Shown here in pieces: positions 25,624 through 36,417 of a stretch of 64,000 nt of DNA. The number at the start of each line of letters is the position of its first letter. Within the stretch, counting starts at the first letter, position 1. Source of the stretch: Candidatus Azobacteroides sp. (lineage in GTDB: Bacteria > Bacteroidota > Bacteroidia > Bacteroidales > WRGA01); the NCBI GenBank assembly GCA_009787405.1, contig WRGA01000123.1, positions 8,369-72,368 of the forward strand. Direction: 5' to 3'. The translations under genes and the position numbers were made by a program. Under the pieces are notes generated by a model, which made no database searches, was not told the origin of the DNA, and saw only the letters and a program-made list of their open reading frames with translations.

Positions 25624-26111
25624 ATCATGTTAATTTTTTGATCGTCGGAATTTACCGGCGATGTTCGATTGAATTCCGGTTCTTCCGCGACATAATGATA
25701 AATGTCCATGATTGTGGTTTCGGTGATGGAAGCGACTTCGTAATCGGCCATCGTACCCTTCATCCCTTCGGTCAGGTTGGTCAATGCCGTTTGAATGTCG
25801 GGCGCCTGCACCAACATGTTTGAAGCCGTTTTTTTTTCGGCGGCGCTTTTTTCGTCGATCGTAATGAAAAGAACTTTACATTTGTACCATTTATCGCCGT
25901 CGGGATTTTCAAACAATTCGGCATATTTTGCCCGCTTAATGTCCGATACCGTAAATTCTCCGCTGATAAACGGGATCATTTCTTTGATGATTCTCGCTTC
26001 CGCTTCGGTAAATGATAACGCATCGACCAGATACGGCTCGGTTACTTTTTTCTGCATTCCGTTTTCCATCGTTTTTTCATAACGGACTTTACATTCAAAC
26101 CAGTTACTCAT
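25620..26111 (-). CDS. DUF4494-like protein
   Basis: 163 aa. The N-terminal WFECKVRYEKTMENG resembles that family as I remember it. It overlaps the yggS start by 4 nt. Confidence 0.5.
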   Translation of the reverse strand: MSNWFECKVRYEKTMENGMQKKVTEPYLVDALSFTEAEARIIKEMIPFISGEFTVSDIKRAKYAELFENPDGDKWYKCKVLFITIDEKSAAEKKTASNMLVQAPDIQTALTNLTEGMKGTMADYEVASITETTIMDIYHYVAEEPEFNRTSPVNSDDQKINMM

Positions 26112-26123
26112 TATCGTTAAAAT

Positions 26124-27497
26124 TTAATTCTGTTTTTTGGGCGGATCTTCGTGAAAACTGTCTTTGTACATGACCTGTTTGATTGCCGCTTCGGCAAGAG
26201 CCGGATCATCATCAGAGTTTTCGGAGTCATCCGGTTCATTATTTTCCGGCAATTGTTCAGAATCTTTCACAAAATTTTTATCTTTCAAAATTTCGGAAGG
26301 AATGATCGTGCGACTGATGCTGAGCATGATGCCGAAATAAACACACGTAATACAAAGAGAAGTTCCTCCTTTACTGATCAACGGCAGCGGTTGTCCCGTA
26401 ACAGGCATCAAATGTACACATACCAGCATGTGCATAAGGGCTTGGCAAAAAATGATCAACGCGCAACCTATCAATAAAAACGCGGGAAACTTGCGCCGGC
26501 ATTTTTGAACCAGCCGTCCGCACCGGACCAATAACGCCACGTACAAACCGATGACGAATATTCCGCCGAATATTCCGAGTTCTTCAATGATCACGGCATA
26601 GATAAAATCAGAATTGGCCTCGGGCAAAAAATTGCGGGCATAACTGTTTCCGGGCAGTTTCGGGGAAAATCCTCCCCGTGCAATAGCGATACGGGCATAA
26701 CCCGGCTGAAAGTTTTTGTCTTCTTCCATGTATTCTTTCGGCGATTTGTCGTGAACAACATAATCCACAAACCGGTCGATCCGGTTCCTCCATGTCGGAA
26801 TACGATTAAACGCCCCCATAATGCCGGACGAAACTTCCGTTTGCTCCGTATCGGCGTCTCTGTTTTCCGAGGCTCGACCAAACAACGGTGCGACAAAATA
26901 CATCATCGCCACCAACCCGATGACGGGAAGCAGAAGTTTTCCTATTTTGAGCAATGAGACGTTTCCGATGATCATCATGATCATACATACCGAAAATAAC
27001 AATACTGCTGTTGAAAGATTGTCCAACATAATGGTAAAACACATGACGGAAATTCCGATCATCAGCACCTTAAACGTGTTATCCCGCGAAACCTTCGTAT
27101 CCTGCATCCTGCTTAACAAAAAAGCGACGGAAATAATGATCGATAATTTCGCCAGTTCCGACGGTTGAAATTGGAATCCCATCACTCTAAACCATCGGGA
27201 AGCATTTCCTCTTTCTTCGCCCCAAATCATCACTGCGATCAAAAATATAAAAGAGATCGGAACTAAAATCATTCCCGACGAATACCAACGATAAGGGACA
27301 TTGTGCACAAGGATGACGATGAACAGCCCGAATATCAACAGCATGAAATGTTTCATGATCGGCGCCCAGTGTATTCCTTGCGTACTGGATAAAGCAATGG
27401 ACGAACTGAATACTTCTACCATCGATATGACACAAAGGAGAAAAAATATGGCCCAGATCCCTTTATCTCCTCTGAATATGCTTTTTGCTAAATCCAT
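26124..27497 (-). CDS. ftsW: SEDS-family peptidoglycan glycosyltransferase FtsW
   Basis: 457-aa polytopic protein with EANSDFIYAVIIEELG and TGQPLPLISKGGTS, following murD. It has an acidic C-terminal tail. Confidence 0.85.
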   Translation of the reverse strand: MDLAKSIFRGDKGIWAIFFLLCVISMVEVFSSSIALSSTQGIHWAPIMKHFMLLIFGLFIVILVHNVPYRWYSSGMILVPISFIFLIAVMIWGEERGNASRWFRVMGFQFQPSELAKLSIIISVAFLLSRMQDTKVSRDNTFKVLMIGISVMCFTIMLDNLSTAVLLFSVCMIMMIIGNVSLLKIGKLLLPVIGLVAMMYFVAPLFGRASENRDADTEQTEVSSGIMGAFNRIPTWRNRIDRFVDYVVHDKSPKEYMEEDKNFQPGYARIAIARGGFSPKLPGNSYARNFLPEANSDFIYAVIIEELGIFGGIFVIGLYVALLVRCGRLVQKCRRKFPAFLLIGCALIIFCQALMHMLVCVHLMPVTGQPLPLISKGGTSLCITCVYFGIMLSISRTIIPSEILKDKNFVKDSEQLPENNEPDDSENSDDDPALAEAAIKQVMYKDSFHEDPPKKQN

Positions 27498-27511
27498 ATC
27501 TTACCCATACT

Positions 27512-28849
27512 TTATAAATGTCTGACGCACTCTTTGAATTGTTGTCCGCGGTCTTCGTAATTTTTGAATAAATCAAAGCTTGCGCAACAGGGTGATAATA
27601 ATACCACATCGCCTTTCCGGGCCAATTCGTATGCTTTGGATACGGCTTCCTGCATGGAACGGGCGTCAACGGTTTGCGAAACTTTATCGTCGAAAAATGC
27701 ATGCAGCTTGTTATTGTCGACGCCGAGATAAATCAAGGCTCGCACTTTTTCTTTCACCAACGCTTCAATTTCCGTATAATCGTTTCCTTTATCCGTTCCT
27801 CCGAGAATAAGCACGACCGGCGTTTTCATGCTTTGTAAGGCATACCAGCACGAATTGACGTTTGTCGCTTTCGAATCGTTGATATATTTAACTCCCTTCG
27901 CGCTCGCAACGTATTCCAAACGATGCTCCACCCCGCTGAAATCGCTCAATGATTTGCGGATATCTTCATTTTTGATATTCAATACACTTCCGGTAATTGC
28001 GGCTGCCAACGAATTGTACAAATTATGCACTCCCGTTAAAGCCAATAAATCCTGTTCCATTGTAAAGGTATGATTTGGTGTGTTTACTATCAGTTGATTA
28101 TTTTCGGTGTATGCTTTTACTCCGTCCGATTTGGTTTCGGCAAACGGATAGCATTGTGATTTAATCGTTTTTCTTTTCAATTCTTCCCGAATGACCGGAT
28201 CATCGTTCCAATAAATGAAAACATCGTTTTCGGTTTGGTTCCGGATAATCCTGAATTTCGCATCAATATAATTCTGAAATTTATACTCGTACCGATCCAA
28301 ATGATCGGGGGTAATATTTAATAAAATTGCAATGTCGGCCTTGAAATCATACATGTTGTCCAATTGAAAACTGCTCAACTCCACCACATAATAATCATAT
28401 ATATCCTCAACAACCTGAAAGGCCAAACTGTTTCCGACATTCCCCGCCAGTCCGACATTCAAGCCTGCATTTTTAAGCAAATGATAAATCAGAGTCGTTG
28501 TCGTTGTTTTTCCGTTGCTGCCGGTGATGCAAATCTTTTTTGCCGAAGTATAACGACCGGCAAACTCGATCTCGGAGATGATCGGCGTTCCTTTTTCCGT
28601 CAGTTTTTTGATTAACGGAACTTTATCGGAAATTCCGGGACTTTTGATCACTTCGTCCGCAACCAGAATTTTGTCTTCGGAGTGTCGGCCTTCTTCCCAC
28701 CGGATTTGATGTTCATTCAGTATATTTTTGTATTTTTCTTTTATTTCCGACAGATCGGAGACGAACACGTCGAATCCTTTTTTCTTCGCAAGAACGGCGG
28801 CTCCCGTTCCGCTTTCTCCCGCACCGAGGATAACTATTTTATTTTTCAT
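27512..28849 (-). CDS. murD: UDP-N-acetylmuramoylalanine--D-glutamate ligase
   Basis: The start is trimmed to MKNKIVILGAGESGTG. It has the Mur ligase P-loop ITGSNGKTTTT and the expected cluster position. Confidence 0.9.
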   Translation of the reverse strand: MKNKIVILGAGESGTGAAVLAKKKGFDVFVSDLSEIKEKYKNILNEHQIRWEEGRHSEDKILVADEVIKSPGISDKVPLIKKLTEKGTPIISEIEFAGRYTSAKKICITGSNGKTTTTTLIYHLLKNAGLNVGLAGNVGNSLAFQVVEDIYDYYVVELSSFQLDNMYDFKADIAILLNITPDHLDRYEYKFQNYIDAKFRIIRNQTENDVFIYWNDDPVIREELKRKTIKSQCYPFAETKSDGVKAYTENNQLIVNTPNHTFTMEQDLLALTGVHNLYNSLAAAITGSVLNIKNEDIRKSLSDFSGVEHRLEYVASAKGVKYINDSKATNVNSCWYALQSMKTPVVLILGGTDKGNDYTEIEALVKEKVRALIYLGVDNNKLHAFFDDKVSQTVDARSMQEAVSKAYELARKGDVVLLSPCCASFDLFKNYEDRGQQFKECVRHL

Positions 28850-28857
28850 TTTTCGAT

Positions 28858-30123
28858 TTATCTCAATTTCAATGTAACCAGAGTGATGACAGCCAAAATA
28901 ATTCCGATGATCCAAAAACGAACGACGATCTTGGATTCCGGCACCGGTGTAACCGGCCGTTGAATAACAGCTTCCACTCCCGAATATCCCCGTTTCTGAA
29001 AATGATGATGTAACGGCGTCATTTTAAATATTCGTTTCCCGACTCCGGTTTTCCTTTTGGTCATTTTGAAAAAAGCCACCTGTAAAACCACCGACAGATT
29101 TTCCACGACGAATACGCCGCATAAAATCGGAATCAATAATTCTTTATGAATGACAATGGCGAAAACGGCAATGATTCCACCCAATGTCAAACTTCCTGTA
29201 TCGCCCATAAATACTTGGGCGGGGAATGCATTATACCATAAGAACCCGACGGTTGCCCCGATAAACGCACTGATAAAGATCGTCAATTCTTCACAGCCGG
29301 GGATGTACATGATATTCAGGTAAGAAGCAAATTCCACATGCCCCGACACGTAGGCCAAAATACCCAGCGTAACCCCGATGATGGCCGAACTTCCGGTTGC
29401 CAACCCATCCAATCCGTCGGTGAGATTAGCCCCGTTCGATACTGCTATAACAATAAAAATAGTAACCAGCGCAAACAATATCCAACCGGCATTTTGCTTG
29501 GCCGATTCTTTGACAAACGGAACAAGGTCGGAATAATCCAGGTTGTTGTTTTTTACAAACGGAATCGTCGTTTGGGTCAGTTTAATGTTTTCTTTTTTAT
29601 GTTCGATGCGCAATATATCGCCTTCTTTTATAATTTCGACATTTTCACGAATCGTGATGTTCGGACTCAAATACATAACGGCCGCCACGATGATGCCCAA
29701 TCCGACTTGTCCGACGATTTTGAAACGGCCGTGCAACCCTTCCTTATCCTTTTTGAATACTTTGATGTAATCGTCCAAAAAACCGATAAGCCCCAACCAA
29801 GCAGTGGTTATCAGCATCAAAATCATGTAAATATTCCCCAAACGGCCGAGCAACAAACACGGAATAAGGATTGATATAATGATGATCACCCCTCCCATCG
29901 TCGGCGTTCCTTTTTTGCTCATTTGTCCTTCCAATCCTAAATCCCGAACGATTTCCCCGATTTGCATCAATTGTAATTTATTGATCAACCGCCTTCCGAT
30001 GATGGTGGAAATGAACAGTGATAAAATCAATGTGGCCATTGCCCGGAATGATACATACTTAAATACTCCGGCTCCGGGAAAATCAAATGTCGTATCGAGA
30101 TAATGAAACAGGTAATAAAGCAT
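28858..30123 (-). CDS. mraY: Phospho-N-acetylmuramoyl-pentapeptide transferase
   Basis: 421 aa with [26 protein letters not shown] and TPLHHHF. Confidence 0.95.
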   Translation of the reverse strand: MLYYLFHYLDTTFDFPGAGVFKYVSFRAMATLILSLFISTIIGRRLINKLQLMQIGEIVRDLGLEGQMSKKGTPTMGGVIIIISILIPCLLLGRLGNIYMILMLITTAWLGLIGFLDDYIKVFKKDKEGLHGRFKIVGQVGLGIIVAAVMYLSPNITIRENVEIIKEGDILRIEHKKENIKLTQTTIPFVKNNNLDYSDLVPFVKESAKQNAGWILFALVTIFIVIAVSNGANLTDGLDGLATGSSAIIGVTLGILAYVSGHVEFASYLNIMYIPGCEELTIFISAFIGATVGFLWYNAFPAQVFMGDTGSLTLGGIIAVFAIVIHKELLIPILCGVFVVENLSVVLQVAFFKMTKRKTGVGKRIFKMTPLHHHFQKRGYSGVEAVIQRPVTPVPESKIVVRFWIIGIILAVITLVTLKLR

Positions 30124-30182
30124 GAATAATATTATCTTAATGTAAATGATTCAATTATTTTAATGCATCGCGAAACTTTATA

Positions 30183-31646
30183 CTATGATTCGAAAATCGC
30201 CTTCACCACCTCTTTATCATCGAAATGATGTTTAACGCCTTTCACTTCCTGATAATTTTCGTGTCCTTTTCCGGCGATTAAGATGATATCGTCTTTTCGG
30301 GCCAACATCACAGCAGTTTTAATGGCTTCTTTCCGGTCGGTGATGGTCAATGTTTTTTTCCGTTGTACGGTATCCAATCCGTCGTACATATCCGCAATAA
30401 TGGCTTCGGGTTCTTCGAAGCGCGGATTGTCTGACGTGAGGATCAGTGTATCGCTGTATTTGGCGGCTTCTTGCGCCATGAGCGGACGTTTTCCTTTGTC
30501 GCGGTTTCCGCCCGCTCCGACCACCGTGATTAATTTTCCCTTACCGTCCATCACTTGGTGAATGCCTGTCAACACATTCGTCAAGGCATCAGGCGTATGG
30601 GCATAATCGACAATGGCCGTGAAACCTTGCGGGGAACGTATCGGTTCGAATCGTCCGGCAACAGGTTTTAACGTGCTCAATCGCACCAATACTTCTTCTT
30701 CGTTTTTCCCCAGCAGGCAGGCTGTGCCAAAGACAGCCAACAAATTGTATGCGTTGAATTTCCCGATAAAATGCACCGCAACTTCTCGTTTGTTGATTTC
30801 CAAAAGCATACCTTCAAAATGATTTTCCAGAATACGCCCTTTAAAATCGGCCAAGGTGTGCAATGAATACGTATACTTCTGCGCTTTCGAGTTTTGCAAC
30901 ATGACTAATCCGTTTTTATCGTCAAGATTGGTTAACGCAAATGCCTCGCGGGGTAACCGGTCGAAAAATGCTTTTTTGGCTTTCAAATATACTTCAAACG
31001 TTTTATGATAATCCAAATGATCGCGGGTGATATTCGAAAAAACAGCTCCGGCAAATTTCAATCCGGCTATCCGTTTTTGATCCACGGCATGAGAACTGAC
31101 TTCCATAAACGCATATTCACATCCGGCATCCGTCATTTTTTTCATCAATTCATTCAAGGCAATCGGATCGGGAGTCGTGTGAGTGGCTTCAAACGGTTTA
31201 TCATCCACATAATTGCATACGGTGGATAGCAGACCGACTTTATGTCCGAACTGCCTGAACAGGTGATAAAGTAATGTAACCGTGGTTGTTTTTCCGTTTG
31301 TTCCGGTCACTCCGACCAATTTCAACTTGGCGGAAGGATTCCCGAACCGGTTCGAAGCGATAATTCCCAACGCTTCAGCGCTGTCATCCACTTTGATGTA
31401 GCAAACGGCGTCGCTCAACATATCGGGAAGTGTTTCGCATACAACAGCCGCGGCGCCTTTTTCCACAGCAGAAGCGATATAATCGTGTCCGTCGGATTGC
31501 GTACCGCGAACGGCGATAAACATCCAACCGGGTTGTATTTTCCTTGAATCGGAATGAACATCAACAATTTCACCGGCATCCGATCCATGGATACTTTTGT
31601 TTTTTATGTTATTCAGCAACGTTTGAATGGTCAATTTTGTATTCAT
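30183..31646 (-). CDS. murE: UDP-N-acetylmuramoyl-L-alanyl-D-glutamate--2,6-diaminopimelate ligase
   Basis: 487 aa with VTGTNGKTT, the DNPR motif (LTSDNPRFE) and the expected cluster position. Confidence 0.9.
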   Translation of the reverse strand: MNTKLTIQTLLNNIKNKSIHGSDAGEIVDVHSDSRKIQPGWMFIAVRGTQSDGHDYIASAVEKGAAAVVCETLPDMLSDAVCYIKVDDSAEALGIIASNRFGNPSAKLKLVGVTGTNGKTTTVTLLYHLFRQFGHKVGLLSTVCNYVDDKPFEATHTTPDPIALNELMKKMTDAGCEYAFMEVSSHAVDQKRIAGLKFAGAVFSNITRDHLDYHKTFEVYLKAKKAFFDRLPREAFALTNLDDKNGLVMLQNSKAQKYTYSLHTLADFKGRILENHFEGMLLEINKREVAVHFIGKFNAYNLLAVFGTACLLGKNEEEVLVRLSTLKPVAGRFEPIRSPQGFTAIVDYAHTPDALTNVLTGIHQVMDGKGKLITVVGAGGNRDKGKRPLMAQEAAKYSDTLILTSDNPRFEEPEAIIADMYDGLDTVQRKKTLTITDRKEAIKTAVMLARKDDIILIAGKGHENYQEVKGVKHHFDDKEVVKAIFES

Positions 31647-31697
31647 AACAATTTTTTAAACGCACAAAAATAGAAAAAACATCCCTAATATCATCTA

Positions 31698-33944
31698 TCA
31701 ATCCAACTGTATCGTTATTAATTGTCCCTTTTGGAACCCGCTTCCCGGAAGAAGACTTTGCCGGGTTACTTTTCCCAGCCCCGAAAGTTTTACTCTCAAT
31801 CCGATTTTCTCCATGACATAAACAGCATCCTTGGCACCCATTCCCGTGACATCGGGAATAACGTTTTTCGGAAGCGTCATATAGTCCAGATAAATATTAT
31901 TTTGTCCCTCGCTTTGCTTCATCCATTCGGCACTCCCCGCATTATCATGAAAAGACAGATTCAAGATCGACAACACCTCTTTCGTGTCGCGTAAATTTCC
32001 TTTCTTGATGACGGGTGTCAAAACATGCAGCGTATCTTTTGCAGCTGCAACCGGTAATTTCATGTGTGCAACATAAATTTGCTCGGCGATGTTTTTGAAA
32101 ACGATTCCGGCCGTCGCTCCGGCCGACAAGTTTCCGTCTACTCCGCATAACATGACCAGACAGGTATATTTCGGATCGTCAGCCGGGAAATATCCGCAAA
32201 ATGAAACATTGGTAAAATCGGTTCCGTGAATTTGTGTCGTACCCGTTTTTCCGGCAATTTTCATGTATTTCGACCGCACGGGCTTCCCCGTCCCTTTTTC
32301 CACCACTCCAAGCAACATGCTTTGAATGGTTGCCAATGTCGGCGGGGTACAGATGGCCGGATTCAACACTTCCGTCCGGAAGGTTTGTACTACTTTATCG
32401 TTGAGCTTCGCTTCTTTCGCAAATAGGGGACGAACCATCACGCCTCCGTTGGCAATGGCATTGTAGAAGTTCAGCGTATAAATCGGCGTCATGTAAAATT
32501 CATATCCGAACGACATCCAGGGCAACGTGGTTACCGACCATGCTCCCAACAACGACGTCGAATCTTTTTGATGCCGCGTACCCGGATTATTCACCACCGG
32601 ATCCCGCGTTCCCGGAATTTCTATTTTTATCGGTTTAATGGCTCCGATGGCATTCAGCCGATCAATATATTTTTGCGGATTATTTTTGTATCCCTGCATA
32701 ATGATTTTGGAAATTCCGATGTTGGAAGAATTATAAATTACTTCCGGCACGGTCAACGACTCATATCCGCCCCGCCTCCAATTATGATCGCGGATGGGTT
32801 TTACGCCCGGCCGGAATTGCCAGACTCCGTGTTCACCGGAAATCGGAGGATCATCGACTTTCACGACATTGTCTTCCAATGCTGCCATCATGGAGGCGGT
32901 TTTAAAGGTGGAACCCGGTTCCAGCATGGCCACCAAAATCTCATTTCGAACTTCCTGATAAGTTCCGTCAGGCATTTTCGCCAAATTGGCTACGGCTTTT
33001 ACCTCTCCGGTTTTTACTTCCATCAACGCTACCATACCCAATCGTGCATTATTGGCAACCACTTGTCGGAATAATGCTTTTTCGGCTATTTCCTGCATAC
33101 CGATGTCGATGGTGGAAACCAAATCGCTTCCGGATTTAGGTTCTTTCATGGTCACAACCAATGCTTTTGCTTCATTCCGTCCTTTCACGGGATTATTGAT
33201 GCTGGCATAAACATACCTTCCGAGTCCCGGCTCTCCTCTCAACAAGGAATCATAAGCATATTCCAATCCGTTTTTACCACCCGCCGATCTATTGGCGGAA
33301 ATATCTCCGATAGTCCGGGAAGCCAACGAACCGTAAGGCTTCACCCGTTTCACTTCTACCATCGGAATCAAACCGCTGAGGTTAGATTTATAGGCTGTAT
33401 ATCCTTCGATATTTACCTCTTTCATTCCGATTCTGAAATACGGAAAATCTTTGATGCGCAGCATTTGTTGATAGGTTGCCTTTTTACGGCTCACCAAGTA
33501 ATAACCGCTTTTTTTGTCGGCACCATCCTGCAAATAACGCTTATACCCGGAAGGCGTTCTGTCTCCGAATTCTTTCGACAAACAGTAAGACAACGAATCC
33601 AAATAATAATTAAACGCTTTCCGCATTTTCGTTTTCCGGGCTTCTTCTTTACCGATTCCCAATACCACCTGCGATCCTCTCCATGTAAATGAGTCGATCT
33701 GCCCGAAATCCATGTAAAAAGTATATTGAGGCAATGTGCTTGAAAGCAAATGTTCGTTACAGTCGTAAATGTTTCCCCTTTCGGCGGGAATGGTATCGAC
33801 CACATGCAAACGACGTTCTCCGTATGCAGCCCAACCTCCTTTATCCATGGAGAAATAGAAAATGCGGTAAATAATGCATCCCGTAATGATGCTCAACAAT
33901 ACCACAAACAAACTGTATACAAATAATATTCGTTTTTTCTCCAT
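31698..33944 (-). CDS. ftsI: Class B penicillin-binding protein (FtsI/PBP3) with a C-terminal PASTA-like domain
   Basis: 748 aa with an N-terminal TM helix and the transpeptidase motifs STFK, SSN and KTGT. The tail reads IPDVTGMGAKDAVYVMEKIGLRVKLSG. Confidence 0.9.
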   Translation of the reverse strand: MEKKRILFVYSLFVVLLSIITGCIIYRIFYFSMDKGGWAAYGERRLHVVDTIPAERGNIYDCNEHLLSSTLPQYTFYMDFGQIDSFTWRGSQVVLGIGKEEARKTKMRKAFNYYLDSLSYCLSKEFGDRTPSGYKRYLQDGADKKSGYYLVSRKKATYQQMLRIKDFPYFRIGMKEVNIEGYTAYKSNLSGLIPMVEVKRVKPYGSLASRTIGDISANRSAGGKNGLEYAYDSLLRGEPGLGRYVYASINNPVKGRNEAKALVVTMKEPKSGSDLVSTIDIGMQEIAEKALFRQVVANNARLGMVALMEVKTGEVKAVANLAKMPDGTYQEVRNEILVAMLEPGSTFKTASMMAALEDNVVKVDDPPISGEHGVWQFRPGVKPIRDHNWRRGGYESLTVPEVIYNSSNIGISKIIMQGYKNNPQKYIDRLNAIGAIKPIKIEIPGTRDPVVNNPGTRHQKDSTSLLGAWSVTTLPWMSFGYEFYMTPIYTLNFYNAIANGGVMVRPLFAKEAKLNDKVVQTFRTEVLNPAICTPPTLATIQSMLLGVVEKGTGKPVRSKYMKIAGKTGTTQIHGTDFTNVSFCGYFPADDPKYTCLVMLCGVDGNLSAGATAGIVFKNIAEQIYVAHMKLPVAAAKDTLHVLTPVIKKGNLRDTKEVLSILNLSFHDNAGSAEWMKQSEGQNNIYLDYMTLPKNVIPDVTGMGAKDAVYVMEKIGLRVKLSGLGKVTRQSLLPGSGFQKGQLITIQLD

Positions 33945-33949
33945 ATCCT

Positions 33950-34303
33950 TTACTTCCCGGAAATAACATAAACGGGCGATTGAGATTCTTCCAATTCAAG
34001 ATGTCGTTTTTCGACCATATTGTTGATGTTGGCCCGACGGCTTTTTGTCACCAATTCCACCGATTGATTCAGGGACTCGTTTTTGACTTTTATCTCTTCT
34101 TTTTGAAGCGTTTCGATATCTTTCAGTTCAGACAATGCGCTGTATCCGTAACTCATATATACAAAGATCAAAAAAACGATCCACACGATCAGCAAAATAT
34201 TTTTGGTGAATATTTCCTTTTCAAGGATGTCTCCTCCCAACACTTCGCCGATGAAAGCATACCGACTCTTTTTTTTCTTTTTCTTCTTGTTATTGTCTGT
34301 CAT
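33950..34303 (-). CDS. ftsL: FtsL-like small bitopic division protein
   Basis: 117 aa with a single TM helix (ILLIVWIVFLIFVYMSYGY) followed by a coiled coil. It lies between rsmH and ftsI and overlaps rsmH by 4 nt. Confidence 0.6.
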   Translation of the reverse strand: MTDNNKKKKKKKSRYAFIGEVLGGDILEKEIFTKNILLIVWIVFLIFVYMSYGYSALSELKDIETLQKEEIKVKNESLNQSVELVTKSRRANINNMVEKRHLELEESQSPVYVISGK

Positions 34304-35220
34304 TTTGTTGTTTGTTCCGATAAATTCATTTTTTCGGCGATTCTCAATTTAGCGCTTCTCACTCTCGGATTTCGGGCAATTTCTTCTTCTGAAGGAACAA
34401 TATGTTTTTTGGTAACTAATTTAAAGGGACTTAACGGATTCCCAAAAAAATCTTTTTCCAAAACACCTTTGAAATTGCCTGTTTTCATAAAGTTTTTGAC
34501 CAAACGATCTTCCAATGAATGATATGAAACAACGACCAATCGTCCGCCGGGTTTCAATACTTGCCCGGCCTGAAGCAGCATTTTTTTAAGAACTTCCGTT
34601 TCGTTGTTGACTTCCATCCGCAACGCTTGAAAAACCTGTGCCAATTCTTTTTTTTCCTGTTTTTTGGATAAAAACGGCTGAATAACGGACACAAATTCGC
34701 CGATTGATCCGAGTTGTTTTTTTTCTCTTTGATTGACAATACTTTCCGATATTTTTCGCGAATTATTCAATTCTCCGTAACGATAAAAAACATCGGCCAA
34801 TTGTTCTTTTGTATAGGTGTTCAATACCTGAGCCGCGTCCTTTTTGCTTTGCCGGTTCATCCGCATATCCAGATTTCCTTCGAAACGGAACGAAAATCCT
34901 CGTCCGGCGTCATCGAAATGTCGGGACGAAACGCCCAAATCGGCCAATATTCCGTCGACTTCATCTATGCCGTGAAATCTCAAGAAATTGGATAAAAAAC
35001 GGAAATTCGAATGCACAAACGTAAACCGTTCGTCTTCGGGAATGTTTTGCTTTGCCTCCGCGTCTTGGTCGAATCCGAGCAGCCGTCCGTTTTGCCCCAG
35101 ACGGTTCAAAATCTCGCATGAATGGCCCCCGCCTCCGAATGTGACATCCACGTATGTGCCGTCGGGACAGATGTTCAATCCATCCATACATTCGTACAAT
35201 AAAGCGGGAATATGATACAT
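34300..35220 (-). CDS. rsmH: 16S rRNA (cytosine1402-N4)-methyltransferase
   Basis: 306 aa with YHIPALL, DVTFGGGGHS, ADLGVSS and SYHSLEDR. Confidence 0.95.
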   Translation of the reverse strand: MYHIPALLYECMDGLNICPDGTYVDVTFGGGGHSCEILNRLGQNGRLLGFDQDAEAKQNIPEDERFTFVHSNFRFLSNFLRFHGIDEVDGILADLGVSSRHFDDAGRGFSFRFEGNLDMRMNRQSKKDAAQVLNTYTKEQLADVFYRYGELNNSRKISESIVNQREKKQLGSIGEFVSVIQPFLSKKQEKKELAQVFQALRMEVNNETEVLKKMLLQAGQVLKPGGRLVVVSYHSLEDRLVKNFMKTGNFKGVLEKDFFGNPLSPFKLVTKKHIVPSEEEIARNPRVRSAKLRIAEKMNLSEQTTK

Positions 35221-35261
35221 GATGTTGTTTTTAAATGCGTTACAAAGGTAATACTCCGGGT

Positions 35262-35711
35262 TTATTCTTCACTCATCAAATGTTGAATTTCTTGACTGAA
35301 TTCTTCCGGGGTCATCAACGGTTTTTCCAACAGCGATTTCGGCCAAATCTCGATGACGTTATCAATTCCCAAAAATCGGATATCGGAAGTTATTCCCGTC
35401 AATTGCAAATATCGACCGGGAATGAGTATCCGTCCCGAAGCATCGACAACCACCCGTTCGGCATCCAACATAAAATTACGCAACACTTCTTGATGACGGG
35501 CATTCCACTTATTCAACCGACTCCGCAATTCAGCCACATTTTCGTCCCACACACTTGTCGGATATAAGATCAAACAATTTTGGAAAATATCTTTTTTCAG
35601 CACCAACGATTCGACTCCTTCCGTCTGCAATATCTTCCGAAATTGCGCGGGAATGGCTACACGTCCTTTGTTGTCGAGCTTAGCTTCGATATTTCCCAAA
35701 AAATTCAACAT
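35262..35711 (-). CDS. mraZ: Division/cell-wall cluster transcriptional regulator MraZ
   Basis: 149 aa with two SpoVT/AbrB-type halves (KLDNKGRVAIPAQFR and VVVDASGRILIPGRY). Confidence 0.9.
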   Translation of the reverse strand: MLNFLGNIEAKLDNKGRVAIPAQFRKILQTEGVESLVLKKDIFQNCLILYPTSVWDENVAELRSRLNKWNARHQEVLRNFMLDAERVVVDASGRILIPGRYLQLTGITSDIRFLGIDNVIEIWPKSLLEKPLMTPEEFSQEIQHLMSEE

Positions 35712-35755
35712 CCGTTTTTATTCATCAATAATTCGGATGTAAAGGTACATATTTT

Positions 35756-35780
35756 CCCACATATACCCACTTTTTCCCAC
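35756..35780 (-). promoter_or_regulatory. Candidate MraZ operator: three direct GTGGG repeats with 10-bp periodicity
   Basis: The plus strand has CCCAC at 35756-60, 35766-70 and 35776-80. The minus strand therefore reads GTGGGaaaaaGTGGGtatatGTGGG, 45-69 nt upstream of the mraZ ATG and just upstream of a near-consensus TACCTTTA box. Confidence 0.6.
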
Positions 35781-36111
35781 TAAAAGTTGTGAACATACTG
35801 TTAATAAAACAAAACAAATTTTCTGCTTAAGAAACTGTTTAAAATTCAATCGGAGTCCGTCTTGGTTATCAGCCTTCGGCGTCAATACAAAATTTAAACA
35901 ACCTCTAAAAAACAGTTATTAATCTTGAGTATTCTTTTTTTGAGTTTTTCCGGGAATGCACAAAAGAATCGGGAAGTATAAGCTCACCCACAACACAAAG
36001 GTTGTGAGGTTAAAATTATTCCTACTTTTTAACCCTTATTTCTAAAAAACACCCTTAGTAACTAGGATATAGCTGCCCCCTGCCCTTCGTGTGGTAGCGG
36101 AGGCAGCGGAA

Positions 36112-36236
36112 AATAAATATTTTGTCCCTGACTAGACAAGGTAAAAGGGAGAACCCGTACTTTCTATCAATATAATACCCCTGACGAGATAAGCGAATGT
36201 CGTTTTTTGTCCCGTCAGGGACAAAATATTGGTAGA
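36112..36236. repeat. Cluster of GTCCC-N4-GGGAC / ATATTGGTAG hairpin units
   Basis: aatattttgtccctgactagacaagg .. tttgtcccgtcagggacaaaatattggtagaa. Confidence 0.75.
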
Positions 36237-36417
36237 ATAGGAATTAAGAATTAAGAATCGGGTAGCAGAATAGGATTATTGTGTTTTTGATTATTCTTTC
36301 TATCAGACAACATGTCCGACAGAATATCGAACAATAACCATAAAAAATATTACCGGATATTTTGCAGAAAATATCCGGTAATATTTTTTGTTTTTGAAAA
36401 ATTAACTTTTCGGAATC

